The position numbers and the translations under genes were made by a program. A DNA stretch of 63,595 nucleotides, counting the filler, from Octopus bimaculoides (taxonomy: Eukaryota), in NCBI RefSeq assembly GCF_001194135.2. It is 6 parts of 4 records of this genome, joined end to end, with 100 filler letters (N's around TTAATTAATTAA, not from the genome) between each part and the next. Parts side by side here need not be neighbours in the genome. Positions count along the whole stretch, not along the records: positions 22,360 to 49,779 come from NC_068987.1; 5 more parts are not named here. One strand, given 5' to 3'. Below the pieces are notes generated by a model. The model was given only the letters and a program-made list of their open reading frames with translations, ran no database searches and had not been told where the DNA came from. The stretch's first letter is position 1; every line of letters starts with the position of its first letter. Shown in pieces: positions 28,470-38,978 of this stretch.

Positions 28470-29070
28470 CATGGATAATGGCTCACTTGCACTAAACAGG
28501 GCTGCAAAGAGAGAGGTTTGGAGACACCTCTATGAAAGGTTGTTTAATAAAGAGAATGAATGGGAGAAAGAGAGTCTGCCGAATGTCGACCCAACAGAGG
28601 GACCAGCTATCTTAATTGACAGTACCTTGGTAGATAAAGCAATCACGAGTATAAAGACAGGGAAATCCCCCCAGCCCATTTGGAATCACTGCAGAGATGC
28701 TCAAAATATCTGGCAGTGTTGGCTATTGCCTAGTCAACCATATAGTTAACCAGGTAATACACGAAGTAGTCATACCCAATGACTGGTGTAGCAGCACCAT
28801 AGTCAACTGCTACAAAGGTAAAGATGACGCTTTAGACACAAACAATTACAGAGGTATCAAGTTGTTGGACCAGGTAATGAAGGTCACGGAGAGGGTCATA
28901 GCCCAACAAATTAGGGAAAGAGTCAGTTTAGATGAGATGCAGTTTGGGTTCGTTCCAGGGAAAAGCACCAATGATGGTAAGACAGCTGCAAGAGAAATAC
29001 CTAGCCAAAGATAAACCTCTGTACCTGGCTTTCGTTGACATGGAGAAAGCCTTTGACAGGGTCCCCGGAT
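28470..29070 (+). mobile_element. RTE-clade non-LTR retrotransposon RT fragment (frameshifted)
   Basis: YKGKDDALDTNNYRGIKLLDQVMKVTERVIAQQIRERVSLDEMQFGFVPGKST and QEKYLAKDKPLYLAFVDMEKAFDRVP in adjacent frames. Confidence 0.9.
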
Positions 29071-29290
29071 TCCTAAAAAAAATTCACGGTAATTTTTGGC
29101 CATGCGACACCAAAAACCAACGTGGGGAAAGGCACTCACGAATTTATCGGCTAGTGAGTTCAAACACTTCACCCCAAAGAAATTCTATTCCATGTGCGTC
29201 ACAAATAGTTCTGTATGAAAAAAAGTCCCATGTGAAGGGATTACGGTTTAACCATCCAACTTAGAGGCATCAAATATAAAATATACAGAA

Positions 29291-29855
29291 ATAAGGGCAG
29301 GGAATCGTCAATTAGTAATAGAATTAATAATTAACAATTATGCCAAGTAGTTCAGTATGAAAAAACCTTTATCGGTAAAACCATTTATAATCATAAATAT
29401 ACAGGGATTAGCTTGAGTTACTTCTCCAACATACTGAAAATTTAGAAATAGCAGTAAAAAAACTACTGATTCCAAGCTACAAATTTTTCTCTACACTTTC
29501 AAATTTATCAGAATATTGGGCTGAAGAGTCGGAATAGAGTAGCTTCATACTCTTAACCGTGAAACGTCGTATCCAATTAGCTAAAGGCAGGTTTGTTTTT
29601 GCTTTTGCTTTTCCCTTCTGTTTTTTGTTCTATGTGTGCCATAAATATCACCATCCATTAGAGAAAAATTTGTAGTTTGGAATCAGTAGTTTTTTGACTG
29701 CTATTTCTAAATTTTCAGTATGTTGGAGAAGCAACTCAAGCTAATCCCTGTATATTTATGATTATAAATGGTTTTACCGATAAAGGTTTTTTCATACTGA
29801 ACTACTTGGCATAATTGTTAATTATTAATTCTATTACTAATTGACGATTCCCTGC

Positions 29856-29861
<6 letters not shown>
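29291..29861. repeat. Long inverted repeat (about 202-bp arms) flanking a hammerhead; probable Penelope pLTR remnant
   Basis: 29291-29492 is the reverse complement of 29660-29861 with few mismatches. The spacer contains the 29515-29577 hammerhead. Confidence 0.85.
29515..29577 (+). ncRNA. Minimal type-I hammerhead ribozyme
   Basis: attggg-CTGAAGA-gtcgg..agagta/tactct..ccgt-GAAA-C-gtc-GTA-tccaat. Stem I attggg/tccaat, complete core, GUA triplet. Confidence 0.75.
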
Positions 29862-29890
<29 letters not shown>

Positions 29891-29910
29891 TATATATATA
29901 GATATATAAA

Positions 29911-30196
29911 TATATGGATAATAACAACAAATGGAGCAAAACGCATGTCGATGAAAGTTCCTTTAATTCCTACATATATGTTTCGAAGCAAGTGAGGGCC
30001 ATTTCACAAAAAAGAAAGGGTTGCTGGGATTATCACTTGTTTCTCATCAGGGAGAACATAATAAAACATTTAATAGCAAGACAAAAACGAAATGATGGGG
30101 TGAAATGGCACTCACTTGCTTCGAAACATATATGCAGGAATTAAATGAACTTTTATCGACATGCGTTTTGCTCCATTTGTTGTTACTATCCATATA
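29911..30196. repeat. Inverted repeat (about 97-bp arms) overlapping a hammerhead; probable Penelope pLTR remnant
   Basis: 29911-30007 is the reverse complement of 30100-30196, with a 92-bp spacer. Confidence 0.8.
29967..30054 (-). ncRNA. Type-I hammerhead ribozyme with long stem II
   Basis: tcc-CTGATGA (30050-30044)-gaaacaagtga..tcacttgcttc-GAAA (29984-29981)-C-atatat-GTA-gga. Palindromic stem III loop, GUA triplet. Confidence 0.65.
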
Positions 30197-30373
30197 TTCT
30201 CAAAATGTATCACGTAAACTTGGTATATCAACCTGTAAATCGGCTGGGATATCTTGGTTTTTAGTGTAATTTTGCTACCCCTGGTAACTATTAACGTATT
30301 CAAATTATCGAAAGTTTCAATAACTGAGATAATATTAATACACATAAAATGATATATAAATATATATATATAT

Positions 30374-31045
30374 AGGAGAATTTACGAAAAAAACAACAAC
30401 AGACGAGGACAGGTGGTGTAAACAACAAAAGGATGTATTAGTTTAACGCTCGGGAATAGAGAAGGTCTTTAACGTTTCGAGCTATGCTCTTCAACAGAAA
30501 GAATATGGAGAAAACAAGGAGAAAAACACGGAGAAAAAAAATTGAACCAGAGTACGAAGAGACAGTAGGTGAAGGAAAGTAAAGGAAAATATAAAGATGA
30601 TAAAGGTAATAAAGGAGGTTTACATTAGTGGAAAAGTTCAAAAGTTTTAGACGTCGTGGTATATTGAGGCGATTTCAAATCAGAAGATAGGTCCAGTGTA
30701 ATCCGTGGGTAGGAGAGGTGCAGCCGGAGAGTGTAGAGTTCAGAATCAGAATGAAAGAAGGTAGAATCCAGAAGTTTGTATTTGATGAGTAGAGACAGGA
30801 TTAGCTGGTGCGACCACGTGAGCATGTATTATATATGGGAGAATTTACGAAAAAAACAACAGACGAGGACAGGTGGTGTAAACAACAAAAGGATGTATTA
30901 GTTTAATGCTCGGGAATAGAGAAAGTCTTTAACATTTCGAGCTACGCTTTTCAACAGAAAGAATAAGGAGAAAAACATGGAGAAAAAAAATTGAACCAGA
31001 GTATGAAGAGACAGTAGGTGAAGGAAAGTAAAGGAAAATAGGTGA
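30374..31045 (-). mobile_element. Penelope-like remnant with two tandem pLTR-like direct repeats
   Basis: About 210-bp direct repeats at 30374-30590 and 30838-31045 flank a decayed coding-like spacer. Each repeat carries a non-canonical hammerhead-like motif on the minus strand (CTGTTGA-a-gagc-ata-gctc-GAAACGT). Confidence 0.55.
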
Positions 31046-31324
31046 TATTTGGCTTCAATTTGAACTCTGATTTGTTGATTTAATTTTTATTTTTCTTAAT
31101 TTACCTGTTAATGATGAAGATATATTTTTTCTGTACCTTTTGACTATTGTTTATAAGTTGTTAGTTCACCTTCCAGCTGCTTTCTTCATTTGGTGAAAAT
31201 TTACTCAAAATCATAAAATTATTTCTATTGTTAGCATGTTTTTTATTTATTTATTTTTTTTTTTCAAATTTGATCTTTCATATTTCTTGTTGAATTTAAA
31301 AACCTTACATTTATTTATTTTCAG

Positions 31325-31443
31325 ACTCCCAGCCATACCAAGAACCAGATCAAGGGGCTGAAAGAACAGGAGACTGTCTGTCACAATATGTCGATACTTT
31401 ACGCCTGCATGACGACAGTGAATTTCCACCTGTCTCTAATTAA
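31325..31443 (+). CDS. Candidate terminal coding exon of an unidentified plus-strand gene
   Basis: Acceptor atttatttattttcag followed by a GC-richer, non-repetitive open frame (x)SQPYQEPDQGAERTGDCLSQYVDTLRLHDDSEFPPVSN*, then a long AT-rich UTR-like tract. No family recognised. Confidence 0.3.
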
Positions 31444-32752
31444 ATCAGCTTTNNNNNNNNNNGAATTTCCACCTGTCTCTAATTAAATCAGCTTTCACTA
31501 TTTTTATTTAAATAAAGAAAAGAAAATTATATATATACATATATATAATTACTATGGAATTTCAAAATCTAAAAAAAAAAAAAGTACTTTGTTTTCCTTT
31601 AATTATTCTCAAAGGATAAATTGGAAAAGAAAACTTTATCACACTACTTTTTAAGCTGCTATTACAAAAAAAAAAAGTTTGTTGTCCTCATGTAATATGT
31701 CCATCTCTTATAAGTCTTTTCCAGACATTCCACCCCATTACAGAGCTTAAACCAGGTGGGAATGTAAATGTAAAGATGAAAGCTTAAGTACATTTAGTTT
31801 TATCTAGTATGTATTGAAGTGGATCAGTTAAAGAGCTAAGACATAAGAGGACTTCAGAAACACCATGCATCTGCTGCTTTCACACAAATACTTTATTTTC
31901 AATGAGAAAGAGTCATTAAGCAACCTACAGCCCTATTATTATTATTATTAATTTTATTATACCGACAATAGACATGCAATGGTTAGCAACTACATGAAAC
32001 TTGATAGCCACCTTGACAACTATGTACATAAAAAGTTCTCATTTTTTGTATATTTAAAGAAATATAAGTGAAGAAGAGAACCCATTATTTGGGACAGGGC
32101 TTTATATTCACTATAACATTCAATGTCTTCAATTTAAACTCAGTCACTCCCCAACCACCAACACCATGAATTAAACTTCTTTGTTTTTGAATTGAAAAAG
32201 ATGGGGTGGGGTTTCTTATTTAATTTGTTTGGGATTTTCTTTCTAATTAAAGAAAAAAAGAAAACTGTTTACCAAAATTTGTTACTTGATTAATTGCTGT
32301 TGTAATAATTCTTAGTGTTTTCCTTCATCTTTCATTGATTCACCACTTCAAGGTTATTGACACTTAAAAATTTGTCAAATCTAAATGCATTACTTTGCAT
32401 CTGAAGTGGGCATCTTTAATCATCTAGATGTTTCCAGAGATAGTTTTGTCTTTTGCAATATAATAAATGGTTAAAGACAGATCTTGGCAGTTTGGTCATC
32501 TGAAGGTGCCTCATCCCCACACCTTGAAAGTCAAGTTTAATGCTACTGTTTTTTTTTTTTATTATTTTACTGAAATAGATGGGGTGGGGGCTACTGTTTT
32601 TGTTAAGTTTTTACACCTGCCCTGTTCTTTTATTTTTTTAAAACACTAAATATATTATTTAGATTTTTTTAAAATTTAATTTCCTTTTGTTATTGTTATT
32701 AATTTCTTCCAATATATATTTTTAATATTATGGAGAAATATATGTGTGTGTG

Positions 32753-32827
<75 letters not shown>

Positions 32828-33399
32828 CATGTTCTTATAAAGTTCACTATTTCTGAATGTCTTTCCTAAAATTATTTGAAGAAAAAAAAGATGTCTTGTA
32901 AATTTCAGAACAAATCATTAATCACCGACAGCAAGAATGATATGAAAACAAATAAAGCCAAATGATTGATTATCCCTAATTGAAACTGTTGACACTCTTG
33001 TTTATCACAGTTTTGTTTAAAATCATTTGGCATATCCCTCTGATTTCACAAATAAAATGGAATCTTCTTGCCTATACAATGTATACTGTTTTTATTTTCT
33101 CTCTATTCTTTGTTGCTAAACATCTACAAACAAATGCTCCTTCACCAGCTAGTTACAGTTGAACTATTTTTGCCTTTATGTTATTTTTCTTTTACATCTT
33201 TATTAAAAATGAAGAATGAAATAGCAAAAGAAAAGAAATGATTCATGCTAAAAACTGTATTATTTCTTATGTAGTCAGCCATCATTGCTGTCTTTCTTTA
33301 CTTTTTATCTCCTTTTCCCAACAAGTTATAATGCACCTGAGCATTGTATACAGTAAGCTCATTATTCTTTGGTGTTTTTTTTTTTATGTCCTGATTTCA

Positions 33400-34545
33400 A
33401 GTTCTACTGAGGTTGACTTTGCCTTTCAACCTTTATGGTATTGGTTAACTTTTTTCTTTTTTTCTTGTAGTAAGTAGTCGTTATACCTTGCAGCCTTTTA
33501 TCTGTCTTTACATTCTGAGTTCAGCTTTGCCTTTCATCCTTTAGAGGGCTGATACAATGAGTACCAATCGAACACTGGGGTACATACAATCAATTATCCC
33601 CCACCCACAAAATTTCAGGCTTTGTTCCTATAGGAGAAAGAATTATTAATGTGGCAAATTGACAGAGTGCTGGACAAAATGCTTAGTGGAATTTTGTCTA
33701 GCTTATATTTTGAGTTCAAATTATTCTGCTGAGGTCGACTTTGCTTTTTATCCTTTCAGAGTCAGTAAAATAAGTACCAGTTGAGACATTGGAGTTGATT
33801 GTAATCAACTAGCCCCCTCCTCTAAAATTTCAGGCCTTGTGTCTATATTAAAATGATTGTTACAAAATGTCCTAATTTTAAATCTCACAAATGTTGACTT
33901 TGTCTTTCCTTACAATCAATAAAATAATTACAAAGCAATTATTGAAGTTGATTCAGTCAATAGTACTACTTCCTTAAACATTTGGAGTTATTTTGTCTTT
34001 TTTTAACCAAAGTTAAAAAAGTATTTAAATTCTAAAGAATTATTCTAGTGTCTTGCTCTCTTTCTCTTATCCTCCTCCTCGGTCATCCTAGATTATTCAC
34101 TATTCTCTATACTAGCTTTGGGCCCACATTAGAAGTCATTAATATTAATATTACAACTTATAAGGTAGTGAACTAGCAGAATCGTTAGAACGCCATACAA
34201 AATGCAAAGCAGCATTTTATCAATCTTTGTTCTGAGTTTAAATTTTCTTGAGGTCAACTTTGCCTTTCATCCTTTCTGGGTCAATGAAATAAGTATCAGT
34301 TGAATACTGGGGTCAATGTAATCAACTAGCCCCTTTTCCAAAATGTGCCTATAGTAGAAAAGATTATTATTAGCCAGACAAAATGCTTAGTAGCAGTCAT
34401 CTATCTTTACATTTTTAGTTCAAATTCCACTGAGGTTGACTTTGCCTTTCATCCTTTCAGGAGGTCAGTCAAATACTGAAGTTGATGTAATCAACAAGCC
34501 CCCTCCCCTCAAAAACTGCTGGCCCTGTACCAAAATTTGAAGCAA
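33400..34545 (+). mobile_element. Head-to-tail cluster of about 5 SINE family A copies
   Basis: The core 'gaggt(t/c)(g/a)actttgc(c/t)ttt' recurs at about 33410, 33520, 33732, 34252 and 34432. Confidence 0.75.
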
Positions 34546-35491
34546 TTATTATTTTGTTAATTTTGACTTTTTTTTTTTTTTTTCGTTATTCAAGATCATA
34601 TATTATTCTTGTCAACCTTATGTTTTTCCTCTCAAATCACAACAAAGCTGACTTGCTGTAAATATATACATACCATATTTTCCAGTATACAGGTCAAATT
34701 TTTCAGACCAAAATTTACAGCCAAAAAGAAGGGTAGGTCAATTTATACTCCAAAATGACTTAGAAGAACCAAAAGATCCATGTGAAATACAACAGGATTT
34801 GGAAAGATAGGGATGGTGTTTGAATGTTTACACTATGTACAGCCTGTATATTAGTGCTTTCTTTTCTTCTGCACACTTTCTTATATAAAAATCTTTTTGA
34901 TCATATCAAGAACAGCTGAAAACAATACAAAAGTAAAGATTTATTTTCAAATGATATTTTTGTCCTGTTTTAAAACAGTTGGCTAGTTAAGATGGGATCT
35001 ACATTATTCTTCTGCAGCTGGTATGAGACATTCATTAGCATCCTTTTATATTGTGGGTTTAAATCTTGCTATGGCCAACTTCAAATATCGTTTCTTCAGC
35101 ATTGACAACTTCACCATACAACTGGTACCCCTCTTCCATCCCTTTCAACAGTGTGGCTTTGTGCCAATGCAAAAAAAAAACAAAAAAAACAATTTAAAAA
35201 CAAATTTTTCTTTTATTTTTTATTATATTATTGATATTACACTAACTCTCCTGCAGGCATCATGACCTGTTGTCCAACCATGAACCATATGAATCCTCAA
35301 CTGAAAGTGTTGGTGTTTCAGAGTTGAAAGATAGATCTGTTTGGCATTGTTTTAGAAAGAATGCCCCATCAAAATAAACTGCAAACCTATTCATGCCACA
35401 CTTTATATTTTCATGATTTTTATCCTGGACCAGCCATCTTTCATCAAAATCTAGCTTCCAATAGAAATGGGAGATTTACATAGAGCAAGTA

Positions 35492-35602
35492 CTACTGGCC
35501 ATGAAGAGTTGCAGTCCCATCCAACAAAAGCAGAGCTGCTGTATCCAACCTTCCTATAGAACACAGGCCTTCATATACATCTTGAATATATCCACCATGA
35601 GA
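35492..35602 (-). CDS. NF-kB p105/p100-like gene, terminal exon (end of death domain, stop TAG)
   Basis: SHGGYIQDVYEGLCSIGRLDTAALLLLDGTATLHGQ*, parallel to [25 protein letters not shown] of p105. Acceptor atatttttcag. 111 nt, phase 0. Confidence 0.85.
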   Translation of the reverse strand, partial: SHGGYIQDVYEGLCSIGRLDTAALLLLDGTATLHGQ

Positions 35603-37107
35603 CTGAAAAATATTTAAAATTTAATTAATTACAGTGCATTCAAATTTAAACATAGAGTACAATGCAATCATATTTTTGAAGCTAAAACTATCATTGTTTT
35701 ATATCTCCTTTTCCATGCTTGCATGGATCAGACAATTTGTTGAGGTAGATTTTCTGTGGTTGGATGCCGTTTCTGTCACCAACCCTCACCTGTTTCCAAG
35801 CAAGATAACATTTTCCCCATAGCCAGACATTTTTTTCATGGAAGATGGGAAACGAACATCACTTGTATGACTGTTGATCATTTACACTCGTCACATAATG
35901 TCAAGACAAAGGTACAATGAAACACATATATATCACTGTGTTGACTAGACTATCAGATGTTACACATCACTGGTCACAATGCTCTTCCTTGCACTGTTTT
36001 AGTCTTTAAATAATGCTACTCGACTAGCTAGGTGGGCAGGCCAGTGTGTGTGCATGCACACGCACATCTATATACAATTGGCTTCTCTCAATTTCTGACT
36101 ACTAAATTCTGTCAAAAGGCTTTGATATCCTGCAGCTATAGTAAAGATGCTATGCAATAGGTCTGAACCAAGACCTAATGCTTCTCAAACACACAGCCAT
36201 ACCTGACCCTAAGTATACACAGCTACAGTGCAATCTCGCTTTTTGCAGCTAAAAGCCAGCAATATAATAGACATGTTTATGTATTTTATATCTTTAGGTT
36301 TAAATTTTGCATTCTAAGCAATATATGTGTATGGGGCAGTGGATTGGCAGAATTGTAAGAGCATCAAGGAAAATGCCTTCGGTTCTGAATTTTTACTTAC
36401 TGAGTTCAAATCTTCTGGGGTCAACTTTGCTTTTCATCTCTCTGGGACCAATAAAAAAAGTACTAGTCAACTACTACGAGCAAAAAAAAAAAAGACTAAC
36501 CTCTTTCTTTTCAAAATTGGTATATTTGTGCCTAAATTACAAACAAGGGTATATACAGAAATTTTCTTTCACTATTAATGTACATCAGTAACCCTATAAT
36601 TTTAAAATGTAATCTTTAAAAATTAAAAATGATCGTTTTTAACCCTCTAGCATTTAAATTACTGTCAAATGTAATGCCTACTTCTTCACAATGTTTTGAA
36701 TTAATCATGCCTTATCTTGTAGCTTTCAGATTTTGATGTTTGTTTATTTTTAGAATGACACTAGGGTAAGTACAAGAGGCAGGAACTGGCCAGTTTAAGC
36801 AGAAAACAGGTAGAATATTTAAATGTTAAAAATTTAAACACTATTAAATAACCACACATCACCAGAGTGCTAACAGAATTAATAATGTCAGATGTATTTA
36901 CTATGCATTACAGTATATCACAACTGCAAGCAATGAAGTATATAAATTAGCTGTTAGATGTTTTGGGACTGCTGCCTTTGGTATCTTTATTTTCAAAGGT
37001 TTGCTGTTTAGACCCTTATAATTCTGAAAGTGGTTAATGATATCTAAATATGTTTGCCCTAATTCCCAACTACGAAGACAGGGAAAAAGAAAGAATAATG
37101 TCTATAC

Positions 37108-37280
37108 TTCAAAGATATCCAGAATAGCTTTTGTTGGACTATCAAAATGGGAAGCTTCATCAATTATATATAGCAGATCAAGATGTAAAGCAAGATCCCT
37201 CCAGTTCATCTTCAAATCTTCAGAGTCTAACATGGAAGCTAACTCTGTTCGTGTCTCTTCTGACATTTTGTGCATATCTC
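37108..37280 (-). CDS. NF-kB p105/p100-like gene, death domain exon 1
   Basis: (G)DMHKMSEETRTELASMLDSEDLKMNWRDLALHLDLLYIIDEASHFDSPTKAILDIFE, resembling the p105 death domain (GDMKQL..KNWATLAQKLGL..PSKTLMDNYE). Acceptor cattttag, donor GTATAG. 173 nt. Not in the ORF track. Confidence 0.88.
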
Positions 37281-38935
37281 CTAAAATGATCAGGGAAAAT
37301 TTGAAATAATATTGAAAAATACGGAAGATTCAGAAAAAATATAAAGAAGAAAATATGCAAATATTTTTACTTATTAAAATATAAATGATGAATTTTGTAG
37401 CATTTTTTTTTTTGTTTCAACATAGCATCTTGAAGCAAATGATAAAGCTATAAATAATAGCACTTAAAAATGGGATGAAATATTAAAGGCTGATATCAAA
37501 ACGTTGAACTATATGAAGATGACAGAGGACCAAAATATGTGGTACATAGCTGTACTTGAGAAAAGACACCTACCATGACATAACTGAGATTCTAAAACCA
37601 AGATGCCATGTAAACAGCATTGGTGTGGGTGCTAATGCCACATAAAAAGCACCCATAGAAACCAGGCCAAAACAGACTAAGGAACCTGATGCAGCCCCAG
37701 GTCTTGTCAAGTCATCCAACAGCATGGAAAATGGACATTAAATACTGTTGATGATGATGAAAAGAAATCCAATGAATAGAAGTCTGTGAAGGCTGTGAGT
37801 GGGACACAAACCCACATCTGTAAACAAGATAGGCATTAATTTTTTTTTTTCCCTTCAAAGCATTCAGACATATGGAGGTAGAGAGAAACGAGATTCAAGC
37901 TTTTCCAAAGGACATTGCTCTCTGGATGGTATTCTGCTAGTTTATATAATATTATTTCACCTTTTTGTTAGCTATTAGATATATTGTTAGATATTAGTAA
38001 TCTTTCCTTATTTACCTTCTCACAAACTTAAACACTCCAATACTGGACCTCTCAGGACTGTGAATTTGGCAAGTATTTAATAAACCAAGAAAGGTAATTT
38101 AATATGTATGATATCTAGTGTCACTTCCACATGTATATTTGTAGAAGAATCAGAAAATTTACCACAATAACTAAGTTCTAAGGAGAATGGTTTGAGGGTT
38201 AATTATTCCACTAATTTATTAATTGATTATGCATACAAGCCAGTGTATAAGCAAGGAAACAGTATCTCAAGCCATTTGAAATGTTTTTAACAATGAATAA
38301 AGTTATGTAATGATAATATTTTTTGCTTGATTGTCAACACACTGTGGTTAATGTGCCAACCAATTGAATAACCTTGGATTTTCAGTTTGTACAGATCATC
38401 CAGTGCATTTAACCTATCTGGATTACTCTAACGTCCACTGGACATTCTGTTAGCCAGATTTTATTGCATGGAGTGCTGACTAAGGTATTTGCTTGGATTG
38501 GCACCTTGCTGTACTCAAGAAGACCTGTCCACCACAGCAGAATTGATACTGGACTGGTGCTACATAAAAAACAGCCAGTGCACTCTGTAAAGTGGTTGAC
38601 ATTAGGAAGGACATCCAGCTCTAGAAACCATACCAGAACAATGGAGCCTGGTGCAACCCCTGGCCTTACTAGTTCCAGTCAAACTGTCCAACCCATGCCA
38701 GCATGGAAAATGGACATTAAATGATGATATCTAATCTTTTTATCAGGCATATATATAGTAGCATGTGATTTGAGGGAAATTTGTCATTTCTAGCCAAACT
38801 ATCTAATGAAGGCTATTTGCATAAAGTAGGGTATCATAAAAAGTCTTCACAAGAAATTTTTTTTTAACTTCCTCTATTCTACACAACAAAGCCCTCCACA
38901 TACCTTACTACAACTTTAAAAACTAAATAAATTAC

Positions 38936-38978
38936 CTTGAGATAAAATTGTTTCCTGTGTCGATGAAACGGTCTTACT
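38936..38978 (-). CDS. NF-kB p105/p100-like gene, small linker exon
   Basis: SKTVSSTQETILSQ(G). Acceptor ttatttattgttacag, donor GTAATT. 43 nt, phase 0-1, exactly the phase bridge needed between the flanking exons. ILSQG|DMHKM parallels LLAQG|DMKQL of human p105. Confidence 0.75.

Noticed and set aside
28660-28669. Canonical kB-like sites (GGGAAATCCC at 28660; GGAAATCCCC at 59210)
   Set aside because: Both fall in retrotransposon coding relics (GKSP/WKSP codons), far from a supported promoter, and are expected by chance.
31420-31494. Duplicated 'gaatttccacctgtctctaattaaatcagcttt' either side of a 10-N gap
   Set aside because: Typical unmerged contig overlap.
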